From an uncultured Methanosarcinales archaeon (GTDB taxonomy: Archaea; Nanobdellota; Nanobdellia; Woesearchaeales; UBA9642): DNA of 64,000 nt. Numbering within the stretch: the stretch's first letter is position 1; each line of letters begins with the position of its first letter. This document shows positions 29,230 to 39,357 of the stretch, piece by piece. The DNA lies in contig CAZJFT010000001.1 in the NCBI GenBank assembly GCA_964545585.1, positions 6,056 through 70,055 on the forward strand, in the 5' to 3' direction. The notes under the pieces are model-generated. The model did not search any database and had not been told where the DNA came from. It was given only the letters and a program-made list of their open reading frames with translations. The translations under genes and the position numbers were made by a program.

Positions 29230-29940
29230 ATGGCAAAGAAAAGAAACATCAGGAATAAAAAACCTAAAACAGCAAGAAAGCCATTCATGAAGCAAGATAT
29301 AAATTCTAAGCTAGATCAGATAATTGTTTTGCAGAAAAAATTATTGAAAGAAGATCATAAGATAGAGAAAGAAGAATTGATGTTGGAAGAGGAAGAGAAA
29401 AAGACAGAAAAAGAAGAGATTAAAGAGACCAAAGAGCTCAAGAAGATAGAGAAAGGATTAGAATCGAGAGAAAAGAAAGAAGAAGAGGAGCTGTTGAAAC
29501 TGAAAAGCCTGGAAGAAGAGATAAAGAGAGAGGTCGGCACTCACCCATTAAGAAAAGTAGGTTTCAAGGACATAGTCAAAGGATTCGTGGGAGCATTCAT
29601 AGGATTAGTCGTACATTACACATTCTTCTATGGGATAAAGATAGCTGAAAACCTGGACTTCACGAGGTCGACACTTCTTTTCGTGCTTTCGTTTTTCGTC
29701 GGCATAATGTTCATATACACTACGGGTTTCAGGAAGATAAAAGATCCTAAAGTATTGATGTTCATACCTGTAAGGTTAATCATACTATATGTCATATCAG
29801 TAATCATGTCAGTATTAGTATTGTATCTATTTTACCCGAAATTCGGACACGACTTCATGGAGAGCTACAAGATGGTATCAGTAGTCCTTCTCGCGGCCAT
29901 AGTCGGAGCATGCACTGCAGATCTTATAGGTAAGGAGTGA
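29230..29940 (+). CDS. Membrane protein with K/E-rich coiled-coil N-terminus and 4 TM C-terminus
   Basis: 236 aa; composition and hydropathy only. Confidence 0.4.
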   Translation: MAKKRNIRNKKPKTARKPFMKQDINSKLDQIIVLQKKLLKEDHKIEKEELMLEEEEKKTEKEEIKETKELKKIEKGLESREKKEEEELLKLKSLEEEIKREVGTHPLRKVGFKDIVKGFVGAFIGLVVHYTFFYGIKIAENLDFTRSTLLFVLSFFVGIMFIYTTGFRKIKDPKVLMFIPVRLIILYVISVIMSVLVLYLFYPKFGHDFMESYKMVSVVLLAAIVGACTADLIGKE

Positions 29941-29944
29941 AAAA

Positions 29945-30322
29945 ATGGTTGAAACAACAGACAGCATATTGATGAGGCTTCTTGAAAGCATAATAATAAA
30001 CGGTCATGAGCACATAATCGCCAACTTCAGGGACAAGGAGAAGATATTAGACTACATGAAGACAAAGCAGCAACCTGCACTCGTAGAGATAGATAAGGTC
30101 TGCAGGATGCACATGAGCAAAATTAAAGGGAATCAGCGTATATTGTTCCTTAAAATAGTCGAGCAAGTTGCGGCATATAAAGGCATAGTAGATTTGCTGC
30201 TCAAGGACAATGATAAGCACATGCTGATAAACAGGGTCATAGAGAACTTGAATGATGCATATGAGAAGCTGAAAGATGCTATAAAGGATTATAAATCTGC
30301 GAAATATAGTGCTGCTGCATGA
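29945..30322 (+). CDS. Hypothetical protein
   Basis: 125 aa ORF. Confidence 0.4.
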   Translation: MVETTDSILMRLLESIIINGHEHIIANFRDKEKILDYMKTKQQPALVEIDKVCRMHMSKIKGNQRILFLKIVEQVAAYKGIVDLLLKDNDKHMLINRVIENLNDAYEKLKDAIKDYKSAKYSAAA

Positions 30323-30369
30323 ATCTTTGGCATAAAAATTTATAAATATCCATTTATTCCTTCCTGAAA

Positions 30370-31536
30370 ATGGGCAATAATTCTGGTGTGAAAGATAAGT
30401 CAAAAGAAGACACTAAGGACAATGCTAGCTTCAGCTATACCGAGCAGATAAACAGCGTCCTAGAGGATGAAAACAGGATATTACGGGAAGCGGTCAATTC
30501 TTTGAGAGAAGAAGTTGAACGTTTTAAGGCGCCCAGCCTCATGGTCGCAGAAGTCTCCGAATTAGTCAATGATCATGCGCTGATAAAGATACCTAATGGG
30601 AACAAGTTCTATGTGAGCGTATCAAAGAATGTGAAGATAGAGCCAGGAGATTCTGTGCTTGTAGAACAGAAGAACCTTAATATAGTCGATAAGATATATG
30701 TGTCAAAAAATTTTGATGTTGAACGATTCGTGATAATAGAGAAACCGAAGATAACTTGGGAAGAGATAGGCGGGTTGAGAGAGCAGATAGAAGACATAAA
30801 AGAAGTCATAGAACTGCCATTGACGCATCCTGAACTGTTCAAGAAGATAGGCATACAGCCTCCAAAAGGGATACTTTTGCATGGGCCACCAGGCACTGGA
30901 AAAACTCTGCTGGCAAAAGCCATAGCAAATTCAACTAATGCAACATTCATTGAGATAGTAGGTTCAGAAGTGGTGCAGAAATTCATCGGAGATGGAGCCA
31001 AACTAATCAAGGAGATATTCCTGCTTGCGAAATCCAAAGCCCCATCGATAGTATTCATCGACGAGCTTGATGCATTATGCGCAAAAAGGATAGAGCTAGG
31101 GACTTCAGGAGAGAGAGAAGTGCAGAGGACATTCATGCAGTTGCTTGCTGAGTTAGACGGATTCAAACCATTGGACAATGTTAAGATAATCGGATGTACA
31201 AACAGGAAAGACATATTGGATCCGGCAATATTGCGTCCTGGAAGGCTCGACAGGCTCATAGAAGTCCCTAATCCGGATTTGGAAGGGATGAAACAGATAT
31301 ACAAGATTCACATGAAGAATATGCCTCTTGATAAGAAGATAAATATGTCAAGGGTTTATGAGATGTCAAAGGAAATATCTGGTGCAGAGATAAAGGCAGT
31401 AGTTACAGAAGCAGGATATTTTGCGATAAGAGATAACAGAGAGATCGTCAAGGAAGAGGATTTTGTCAGTGCAATAAACAAAGTGCGAAAAGGCGAGGAT
31501 AAGTACGGTAATGAGTATATTGAGATGTTCGGCTAA
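30370..31536 (+). CDS. pan: Proteasome-activating nucleotidase PAN (AAA+ ATPase)
   Basis: 388 aa; N-terminal coiled coil, OB region, Walker A GPPGTGKT, Walker B FIDELDA, C-terminal HbYX-like tail. Confidence 0.85.
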   Translation: MGNNSGVKDKSKEDTKDNASFSYTEQINSVLEDENRILREAVNSLREEVERFKAPSLMVAEVSELVNDHALIKIPNGNKFYVSVSKNVKIEPGDSVLVEQKNLNIVDKIYVSKNFDVERFVIIEKPKITWEEIGGLREQIEDIKEVIELPLTHPELFKKIGIQPPKGILLHGPPGTGKTLLAKAIANSTNATFIEIVGSEVVQKFIGDGAKLIKEIFLLAKSKAPSIVFIDELDALCAKRIELGTSGEREVQRTFMQLLAELDGFKPLDNVKIIGCTNRKDILDPAILRPGRLDRLIEVPNPDLEGMKQIYKIHMKNMPLDKKINMSRVYEMSKEISGAEIKAVVTEAGYFAIRDNREIVKEEDFVSAINKVRKGEDKYGNEYIEMFG

Positions 31537-31573
31537 AAAAACGTAAAAAAAACAAAAGAAATTCTTTAAAATA

Positions 31574-32614
31574 TTATTTCATTTCTTTCCATGAAAGGCT
31601 CATCATCTTTGCCTTGTCGGGAATGCTTACTTTTGCAGTGAAATAATATGATTCATCATTTCCGCATACTGCGGCAACGAGGTCGCTTGATGTAATCATC
31701 TTGAAATCCTGGATCGTTATCCCGTAAACCTGCCCATAATATGCCATGACCAATTCTTCTTCTGAAGGGGCCTTGATGAACTGTATGTTTCCCGCATCAT
31801 ACCATTTCCTCCAAGGCGTCTTTGCACATTGCAATGGCTGGAACTTTATGGTCGTCTCATAATAGGTTTGTGTAAGCTCATTCCATCTGCCGTCTATTAT
31901 TGCGCCGATTATCTTTCCTTTCTGTATCCCGATTATTATGTCGTGCTTGGACATCACTGCCGGGCCAACTATCTCGCCACGGTCGCCATAACCTCCAGAC
32001 CTGAATGAGTATGTGAGTGCATATGTCACAGGATATGTCTCTAAAACATCAATCTTTACGAATTTAAGGTCCTCTCCATCATAAGAGTATGTCGGCGCTT
32101 TCCTTATCCATTCTTCAGCGATTGTTTTCAATTCCTCTTCGGGAAGATCGTATATCGTGTTGACGTATGACTGCATCGCTTCAAATACCAATCGCACATT
32201 GTCAGGATAATATTCTAGGAAGTATGGCTCTAAAACCACTACTTTCGACGTGTTGCCGAAATTTACTGCCAGCTTTGCATTACCGACATCCGCAACGGTG
32301 ACTTCTGGAGGAGAATATTTATCCTGCATCTCCATGAATTCTTTATCATTGAACATCTTCAATAATGCAGCATACTCCTCTTTTACAATGCTCTTCTGAT
32401 ATGTTTCGGTAATCTTATTATCTCCTGAATACACTAAGTAAGTTATCTTTTCTGGATTGATTATAATTGTTTGTTTCGCACGCTCGGCAGGAACGAATCC
32501 GCCATATGTCTCGAACTGGAATATAGCTCCCTCTGGAATCTCTTGCGTCTGTGTCTTGCATGCAGAAAAGACCATCGCAGTGATTAAAAATGCCAATAAA
32601 AGTGTCCTTTTCAT
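31574..32614 (-). CDS. Secreted/lipoprotein-like hypothetical protein
   Basis: 346 aa; signal peptide MKRTLLLAFLITAMVFSAC with lipobox-like Cys. Confidence 0.45.
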   Translation of the reverse strand: MKRTLLLAFLITAMVFSACKTQTQEIPEGAIFQFETYGGFVPAERAKQTIIINPEKITYLVYSGDNKITETYQKSIVKEEYAALLKMFNDKEFMEMQDKYSPPEVTVADVGNAKLAVNFGNTSKVVVLEPYFLEYYPDNVRLVFEAMQSYVNTIYDLPEEELKTIAEEWIRKAPTYSYDGEDLKFVKIDVLETYPVTYALTYSFRSGGYGDRGEIVGPAVMSKHDIIIGIQKGKIIGAIIDGRWNELTQTYYETTIKFQPLQCAKTPWRKWYDAGNIQFIKAPSEEELVMAYYGQVYGITIQDFKMITSSDLVAAVCGNDESYYFTAKVSIPDKAKMMSLSWKEMK

Positions 32615-32717
32615 TTACTTCACCTTATTCAAGAAAATTTTGGTAATATAAATATCTTATGATGGTTCTCATGCTGATTGAAGTTAATTTTATAAACATC
32701 CATATATTCTATTCACT

Positions 32718-32793
32718 GTGCGCGATGAGGTTGTGAACACCCGATGACCGATTCGAAGTCGGAATGATTGACGGAAGTAACTGCCGAGCGCAC
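32718..32793 (+). ncRNA. Candidate small structured RNA/GC-rich hairpin element (C/D-box-like features weak)
   Basis: 76-nt GC-rich island in an AT-rich spacer; terminal 6-bp inverted repeat GTGCGC...GCGCAC; internal GATGA x2, CCGAttcgaagTCGG hairpin, TGATTGA. Confidence 0.3.
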
Positions 32794-32884
32794 ACTTTTA
32801 TACATAAAGATACTAGAAATATTAACTTCTCAATAGTGGTAATAAAATAGAAACTTTTTTAAAGGGAATATTGTTGATAAAAAA

Positions 32885-33676
32885 ATGCAACCAAAAAACA
32901 CTAATGAATGGGTAGAAGAATACTGGAACACGATAACCCCTAAAGATATAAAGATAACAACCCAAGAAGATAACGACAAATTTCTCATAGAAAGATTTGG
33001 AGAAGATAAGTTTCAAGAATTCATCAGAAAATACAAGCAATACATCAATCCCGAGAATGAAAGGCAGAGAATAGAATTCGTGAGTTTCATCCAACAAACG
33101 GGAATGTATCCTTATGTGAGACCAGAAATGATGATGATGAAAAAAGAGGTCCTCAAATCCATAAAGAACTACTTGAATACAAAAGAAGATATAGAACTCT
33201 TAGATTTGGGATGTGAAGATGGAAGAATAACTCTCGGACTGCATTTAGGTCTAGAAAACATATCAAAAACAACAGGGATAGATTATTCGGGCGCAGCAAT
33301 AAACAATATGAAAAAGAACGTGAAAAAATTAGAAGAAAAATATGGCGGCATACACGACCTTGTAATGAAAAAAGAAAGTTTTACCGACAAAGAATTTGCA
33401 CATGAGAGAGGCGAGAAGCCATTAGGGATGCTCTTCCTATTCCCTTCTTATAGTACAGACACAATCATAAAAGTAATAAGAAAGATATCTCCGAATTTCA
33501 CAATAATATCGAAAAATATGTATCATCTCGACGACACGATTGCCGAAAAAAATATAGAGAACATATTACGACACGTTAACACATCATGTTATGGACACCA
33601 TATAAAATGTACATCCATAGATTACAAAAGAATTACTGATAAAGAAGCAGTTTTTATAGGAGTCATACAGCCATGA
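32885..33676 (+). CDS. Class I SAM-dependent methyltransferase
   Basis: 263 aa; motif I LLDLGCEDGRITLGL. Confidence 0.5.
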   Translation: MQPKNTNEWVEEYWNTITPKDIKITTQEDNDKFLIERFGEDKFQEFIRKYKQYINPENERQRIEFVSFIQQTGMYPYVRPEMMMMKKEVLKSIKNYLNTKEDIELLDLGCEDGRITLGLHLGLENISKTTGIDYSGAAINNMKKNVKKLEEKYGGIHDLVMKKESFTDKEFAHERGEKPLGMLFLFPSYSTDTIIKVIRKISPNFTIISKNMYHLDDTIAEKNIENILRHVNTSCYGHHIKCTSIDYKRITDKEAVFIGVIQP

Positions 33677-34401
33677 CAAAGAAACTTGAGAGGATAATTG
33701 CAGAATACAAGACATTGAGCAACAATCATTATAGGGAATATTCTAATAATAAGTATGTCAAGGAATTCCAAGAATTCTATGAAGGGATAAAATTCCTCAA
33801 AAAATATTTCAGGGATCCTGAGATAAAAAAAGTAAAAGAACGACATACAGAAGCAATACATGAAGATCTCGTCAACCATCATAATTATTCTTATAAGTTT
33901 GCGACAAAGATAGCAAGAGCTGTGCCGATGCCTATAGAGAACAGGATAGGAAGAGCGTTTGTCGCGTTCGGACTTGGAATGAGTTTAGGGAGAATACACG
34001 AAGAGAATGTAGACTTGATAACAAAATATTCGGGATTGACAAAAAAAGAATATAGATGGGGTTGTGTCGTTGCGGAGGCATTGAACAATCCATTTAGTGC
34101 AATTCAACAAGGAATTGGTGGTTTGATAGTAGATTATGTTGTGAATGAAGGATATGGTGCAATCACTGGCGACAACAGTAAACCCATAAATACAAATGAT
34201 TATTACCCTTATGCATATCTTGCAGTCGCATATTTGGACACTATAAAGTCTGCCATAGACAACTTCCGAGGAAAAAGATATAGAGATAATAAACTAATGA
34301 TTACTAGGTTGCCTTCAATAATAACATATAGTTTTAGTCTTGCACACAGAAGATATCTGCGTAAAGCAGCTAAACAATCTGGAAATCTACACATATCCTG
34401 A
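33673..34401 (+). CDS. Hypothetical protein
   Basis: 242 aa; ATGA overlap with upstream MTase. Confidence 0.4.
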   Translation: MTKKLERIIAEYKTLSNNHYREYSNNKYVKEFQEFYEGIKFLKKYFRDPEIKKVKERHTEAIHEDLVNHHNYSYKFATKIARAVPMPIENRIGRAFVAFGLGMSLGRIHEENVDLITKYSGLTKKEYRWGCVVAEALNNPFSAIQQGIGGLIVDYVVNEGYGAITGDNSKPINTNDYYPYAYLAVAYLDTIKSAIDNFRGKRYRDNKLMITRLPSIITYSFSLAHRRYLRKAAKQSGNLHIS

Positions 34402-35395
34402 ATACATGCGGGGCGTGCTGACCGCATCTGACTAAATCAAGAATCTTGCATTTGATCTTGTTCTTTTTGCATGCATCCGCTATCTTCTTCTTTGCCTCGT
34501 CAAAGCTTTTATCATCCAAAAAATCATAGAAGTGGACTATCGTTCCTTTTTTTGAAACTGAAAGCGCGTCGTCAAGGAATTCGTCAGCAGTCTTCGGAAG
34601 CGGCATGATTATCCTGTCGAATTTCATGTTTTTCTTTTTCAATTCTGGAACAACATCATGGACATCGCCGCATATCAATTCTACATTCTTGCACTTGTTC
34701 AATTTTATGTTTTCAAGACCATATTTGTGTCCATCAGGGTTTATCTCTATCCCTAAAATAGATTTTGCCTTCGTGTTTTTCGATAAGACGACAGGATACG
34801 GTGCTGCGCCAGAGAACATGACAAGAATCTCTTCTCCTGCTTTTACTTGTTTCATTATCCTCTTCCGTTCATTACCCAATCTTATTGAAAAGTAGACTTT
34901 CTCTACATCAAGCTTCATGACTGTCCCGTTCTCTTTGTAAAGCGTCTCTTTAGTTTTTATTCCTGCAAGATATTCCATCTTCTGAGTCCTGAAAACTCCT
35001 CCATGTATCGCCGCTTTCTTCAACACAGTCTTCACATTCTTGTTTGTTTTGAGAAGAGTCTCTGCAATCAATCTCTCGTGATGCTCCAAATCTTTAGGTA
35101 TCTCAAGGATTGCAATATTTCCTATTATGTCATGTGCAGTCTTTACGAAATCCATCTCTTCTTTAGATAATTTTCCAGAAAGGTTCTCTTTCAAAGTTCC
35201 AGAGGTCTTTACCTTATCTAAATCCATTTCCACAAAATCAACATTCCCTTTCAACACTTCGAATTTCCTCTTTACAGGAAAGTATATGAAATTCTTGTCC
35301 TTCTTGAACCTGAACCTAGTGTCGAATCCATCTGTATCTAAAAGATAAGTTTTCCACTTCTCAGCATCCTTCAAGGGAACCTTCAATGCTAGCAT
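34370..35395 (-). CDS. trm5: tRNA (m1G37) methyltransferase Trm5/Taw22-like (Met-10+ family)
   Basis: 341 aa; ILVMFSGAAPYPVVL...GIEINPDGHKYGLENIKLNKC...IMPLP SAM-MTase core typical of Trm5/TYW2. Confidence 0.65.
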   Translation of the reverse strand: MLALKVPLKDAEKWKTYLLDTDGFDTRFRFKKDKNFIYFPVKRKFEVLKGNVDFVEMDLDKVKTSGTLKENLSGKLSKEEMDFVKTAHDIIGNIAILEIPKDLEHHERLIAETLLKTNKNVKTVLKKAAIHGGVFRTQKMEYLAGIKTKETLYKENGTVMKLDVEKVYFSIRLGNERKRIMKQVKAGEEILVMFSGAAPYPVVLSKNTKAKSILGIEINPDGHKYGLENIKLNKCKNVELICGDVHDVVPELKKKNMKFDRIIMPLPKTADEFLDDALSVSKKGTIVHFYDFLDDKSFDEAKKKIADACKKNKIKCKILDLVRCGQHAPHVFRICVDFQIV

Positions 35396-35454
35396 GATTT
35401 TAGGACACAGTCAGCCTTTATAAATTTAAAAGAATCAATTAAATAACGTAAGCG

Positions 35455-36501
35455 CTAGAACCATTCTCCTAATCCTTTCTGTGATTTAGGCCTTGCATGG
35501 AGTGGCTCGAGGATTTTCCTCACTCGCTCTTCTGAGAAATCATGCTTCTTGCATAGGACGTCTACAACTTTCTCATCATCGACCTCTTTGAACACAATCT
35601 TATAATCATCTGTCGTCTCTGTGTCCTTTATTATATTGAATACGTCTTTCCAATCATAATCGAAATGTTCATCCCATCCCTTGTCTTTGAACAACCTGTC
35701 GAAGTCTGATTCTTTATGGCCGTATTCCTTCACTAGTTTCAGTGCAGTCTTGTGACCGATGCCTTTTATCCCGCCGATATTGTAATCTGTGCCTGTGAGC
35801 ATCGCGATAATAATCAGTTGATCTAAAGTAACATCAAGATTTTTCAGAGTGTCAGACAAACTAATCAATTCTGGAGTAATTACGTCATAATTCAATTTCC
35901 CTGCCTGTTTCCTCCTCCCAGAAAGTGTCAAGTTCTTAACAACTAGAGGACATCCAAAAATGAGAGAGTCAGCATCCTGGCTCAATGAAGCATAAGCCTG
36001 CCTGTTCTTAACTATCAATGCTGCCTGTGCCTCTCCCTCTGATGGCGCTTGAACTATACACATCCCTAATGCATCAATCAATTCTTTGGCATCAGCAATC
36101 ATGTCTTTTGTCAGCTTAGAAGTCCTTGCAGCATACTTCTTCATCTCATCCAGATCTTCCTTCTCCCTGGCCTCTTCATACTTCTTTTCTGCCTCATTCT
36201 TCAATTCTGCACGTCTTGCACGCTCTTTCAGCTTAAGGTCTGGAGGTTTTCCATCAAAAACGAAAATGAATTTTATATCATGCTGCATAAGTTTTGTGAA
36301 TCGGTAAAAGAGGCCGTTGAGATGACTAGTGACATTCCCTTGACTGTCCTTGAGGAGCGAGCCGTCAGGTTGCCTAATTGACGCCAGGAACATGTACAAC
36401 TGATTGAAAGCATCCACAACAATAGTCTTCCCTTTCAAATCATCGATAGACAGCTCCTTGCTCTCCAATAATTCAGTTATCTTAGTGCCCATGAGAATCA
36501 C
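35455..36501 (-). CDS. fen: Flap endonuclease FEN-1
   Basis: 348 aa; MGTKITELL...IVVDAFNQLYMFL...FVFDGKPPDLK; H3TH region; C-terminal PIP-like GLGEWF. Confidence 0.9.
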   Translation of the reverse strand: MILMGTKITELLESKELSIDDLKGKTIVVDAFNQLYMFLASIRQPDGSLLKDSQGNVTSHLNGLFYRFTKLMQHDIKFIFVFDGKPPDLKLKERARRAELKNEAEKKYEEAREKEDLDEMKKYAARTSKLTKDMIADAKELIDALGMCIVQAPSEGEAQAALIVKNRQAYASLSQDADSLIFGCPLVVKNLTLSGRRKQAGKLNYDVITPELISLSDTLKNLDVTLDQLIIIAMLTGTDYNIGGIKGIGHKTALKLVKEYGHKESDFDRLFKDKGWDEHFDYDWKDVFNIIKDTETTDDYKIVFKEVDDEKVVDVLCKKHDFSEERVRKILEPLHARPKSQKGLGEWF

Positions 36502-36510
36502 TCGAAAAAA

Positions 36511-37620
36511 TTACACATACCTCTCTACATATCTTTCCGCTTTCTCAAGCTCTTTCTGATGATGCTCGAGGAATGCAGACATCTTATCTATTAGAATCTG
36601 TTTCAATTCACCGCTCAACATCTTTCCTGATTTATAATCTTGATAGATTTCAGAAAGTCTCTTGTCATCTGGCTCGAAGAAGTATTTCAAGTATTGAAAA
36701 GATACGTCGATATCTGGATTGCCACCATATTTCCTGTGCGCTTCCAAAGTATCTCTGCCTCCAGAGAATGCGTATTTCTTTATCTTTTTCTCTGCTTCCT
36801 TTGGAGTGTCAGTCAATGCTATGTACGAATTAGGGTCTGAGCTTGACATCTTCCCGCCAGATAATCCTGGCATGAACAGGTGATATGTCGAGCATAATTC
36901 CTTGAATTGAAACTCTTTGCATCTCGATGCTACATCCCTCGCAAGTCTTATGTGAGGGTCCTGATCTATTCCCACCGGAACAACAACAGGTATCGGCCCT
37001 TCGAATTCTTTCAACTGTGGATGCAGCATATCTGCTGCCTGAAGAAGCGCCGAAAGCATCTTCCCTGGCGATATCTCCCCGTAGACTGCACGGAATTCAT
37101 TGAATGTTGCATGTCTTGCAAGGATATTCTGAAGCCTATAATATGAATTTGCCTTTTCCTGATGCTTGCTCCTGTTGCTCTGGAAATATATCTCAAGATT
37201 TTCTGGCTTCAACCCGAGCGCAATGTAATTCTTTATGTACTGCTCTATTGCGATTTTCCTTGATTCTTCAAGTGATTGGTTACGCGCATTATATGCCTCT
37301 ATGTCTGCAACAGCAATATAGAGTTTTGCACCGAGGCCCTGATAGAATATCATCTGCTGCGCCACGAGCATATGTCCTATATGGAATTTTCCTGTAGGCA
37401 TCAAACCAGTCATCATGATGAACGGTTTCTTATTATGTACAGAGCTTATTATCTGTCCAAATCCTCTATGAGCAAATATTGTCTTTCTCCTGAAAAGGAC
37501 ATTTTCCTTGAATGCTTCTGGAAGTGAATCTAGGTCTTTCAATTCCTCTACGCCGAAATCCTTCATCAGTTTCTGGTAATCTATATCTCCTTCAACTTGC
37601 CATGGATTGAATACGTTCAT
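36511..37620 (-). CDS. trpS: Tryptophanyl-tRNA synthetase (class Ic)
   Basis: 369 aa; HIGH-type motif PTGKFHIGH, GIDQDPHIRLARD, KMSKS-type KMSSSDPNS; size favours Trp over Tyr. Confidence 0.6.
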   Translation of the reverse strand: MNVFNPWQVEGDIDYQKLMKDFGVEELKDLDSLPEAFKENVLFRRKTIFAHRGFGQIISSVHNKKPFIMMTGLMPTGKFHIGHMLVAQQMIFYQGLGAKLYIAVADIEAYNARNQSLEESRKIAIEQYIKNYIALGLKPENLEIYFQSNRSKHQEKANSYYRLQNILARHATFNEFRAVYGEISPGKMLSALLQAADMLHPQLKEFEGPIPVVVPVGIDQDPHIRLARDVASRCKEFQFKELCSTYHLFMPGLSGGKMSSSDPNSYIALTDTPKEAEKKIKKYAFSGGRDTLEAHRKYGGNPDIDVSFQYLKYFFEPDDKRLSEIYQDYKSGKMLSGELKQILIDKMSAFLEHHQKELEKAERYVERYV

Positions 37621-37740
37621 GATTACTGAATAGAAAGAGTGTTTATATATTTTCTTGTCGCAAAAATCAAATTCACTATCTTAAAATAAAAACATTAAAA
37701 AAGAGTTTGTTACGTATACTACTCCCCAAAGGGATATAGA

Positions 37741-39339
37741 ATGTCAGAATATCAAAAAACGAGCGACGAAATAGTCATATACGAAATAACAAGATTCCTC
37801 AATGCGCGTGATTACAGCATAGGACATATCGAACCTGCAGGTAAATACGACAACATAATATCGCTCACATCAAACCACGTGCCAAGAGAATTGAACCTTA
37901 AGATAAAAAGGCCCGTATATGATGGAGTCATTGCGACTCTTACAGATAGGGGAGAACCATATTTATGTCCTGAAAATTCTAAATATGAGTTCCGTTTCAA
38001 GAAGAAAACATTAATCGGAGAAAAACCTCTGTTGAGCTATACCCAGAAGATAAATTCTGAGACAGAACTCCATTCATTCTTGTCAGGGATAATATACGGG
38101 ACAAAATCAATCCCTCTAAAGAAGCTATATAACATAATGCCCGAACTTAAAGCGAGGGTTGAATTCAGGATAATAGATGTGCTTTCAGAGACCATACTCA
38201 ACACTACGACTGCCGCAAGAGTGATAAATAATTTCGATGAAGACGCATGGTATATCCTTGCAGGAGGAGGAGCATCATTCATAGAAATCAGTGCAGAGAA
38301 AGGATTCTCAAAAAAAGCCACTAAAATAACATCACGATTGCCTCAGGCAAGATACGCATCATTGCAGGATTCTCCAAGGAACACTATAAACCAGATTATT
38401 GAGAGAAGGGATGTGGTCGCATGGGAAAGGCTTCTCGAATTGACGAAAGACATCGCACCAAAATACGGTTTGACACAGAACAAGTTCTCTGCACCGACAA
38501 GGATATCAAAGCTAGAGAGGCTTTTAATCGAGGACAAGAACAAGTTCAATGAGGAGATAGATTCTTGGAAGATACCTGATGAGAAATTCAAGAATACTTT
38601 GAAAGAGATAGAGCCGATAAATTATTCTGCAATAAGGGACCTTATCAAACAGTACATAACATTTTTGGATACAAAAAAACTTCTAAAACCAAATATTGAT
38701 GTAGAGAAGACTATTGGAAAGATATCCGGGGGATTTGCAGGAAAGACATTGCCTGAATTGAGGAAAGAACTCTCCGACAAGATAAGAAAAGTCATCAAAG
38801 AGCCTTCGAAGGGAGAATACTTAGAGACCATAAGCGATGTAAAGCGTGATCTTGAAAAAAATATACTCATTGATACAGGTATATTCTTAGGAAAATATCC
38901 TCTAGCCTATCTTGCGTCGAGCAATCTGCAGGTGCCGAAAGAATTGCTCCTTTCATGGTACGTCGCTGAAGAAGGATTGAAGATATGGAACGCTGTAGGC
39001 TTCGAGAGGATAAACAACATCTTGAGATTGAATTATATGATGGATGAATTGAACAAGGATCCCACCATATCTGGCGGCGCGGATATAGAGAACATATTCG
39101 ACTCTCACATAAGCAAGATAGAATCAGCGACACAGACCGTAGGCATCGGTGTGGGCCTGGTAGGACAATACTATTCTAAGAAGACGAGCGGAATAACTAA
39201 TTATGTTATGGACGCCCTCTCTTTAGGATTGATGTTTTTAGGGATAAAGAAATGGTATAATTATATGAATTCAACGCTAGAGCGATGCGAGAAAGAGATA
39301 AAAGCTTCGTCTGAGTTGATAAGCCTTGACGGTGCTTGA
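37741..39339 (+). CDS. Large hypothetical protein
   Basis: 532 aa ORF, no motif recognised. Confidence 0.4.
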   Translation: MSEYQKTSDEIVIYEITRFLNARDYSIGHIEPAGKYDNIISLTSNHVPRELNLKIKRPVYDGVIATLTDRGEPYLCPENSKYEFRFKKKTLIGEKPLLSYTQKINSETELHSFLSGIIYGTKSIPLKKLYNIMPELKARVEFRIIDVLSETILNTTTAARVINNFDEDAWYILAGGGASFIEISAEKGFSKKATKITSRLPQARYASLQDSPRNTINQIIERRDVVAWERLLELTKDIAPKYGLTQNKFSAPTRISKLERLLIEDKNKFNEEIDSWKIPDEKFKNTLKEIEPINYSAIRDLIKQYITFLDTKKLLKPNIDVEKTIGKISGGFAGKTLPELRKELSDKIRKVIKEPSKGEYLETISDVKRDLEKNILIDTGIFLGKYPLAYLASSNLQVPKELLLSWYVAEEGLKIWNAVGFERINNILRLNYMMDELNKDPTISGGADIENIFDSHISKIESATQTVGIGVGLVGQYYSKKTSGITNYVMDALSLGLMFLGIKKWYNYMNSTLERCEKEIKASSELISLDGA

Positions 39340-39357
39340 AAAAATAGCGTATACTGA

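Noticed and set aside
32718-32793. Confident call of a C/D box sRNA
   Set aside because: C and D boxes deviate from consensus (GCGAUGA, CUGC) and guide spacing is irregular. Kept only as a low-confidence candidate structured element.
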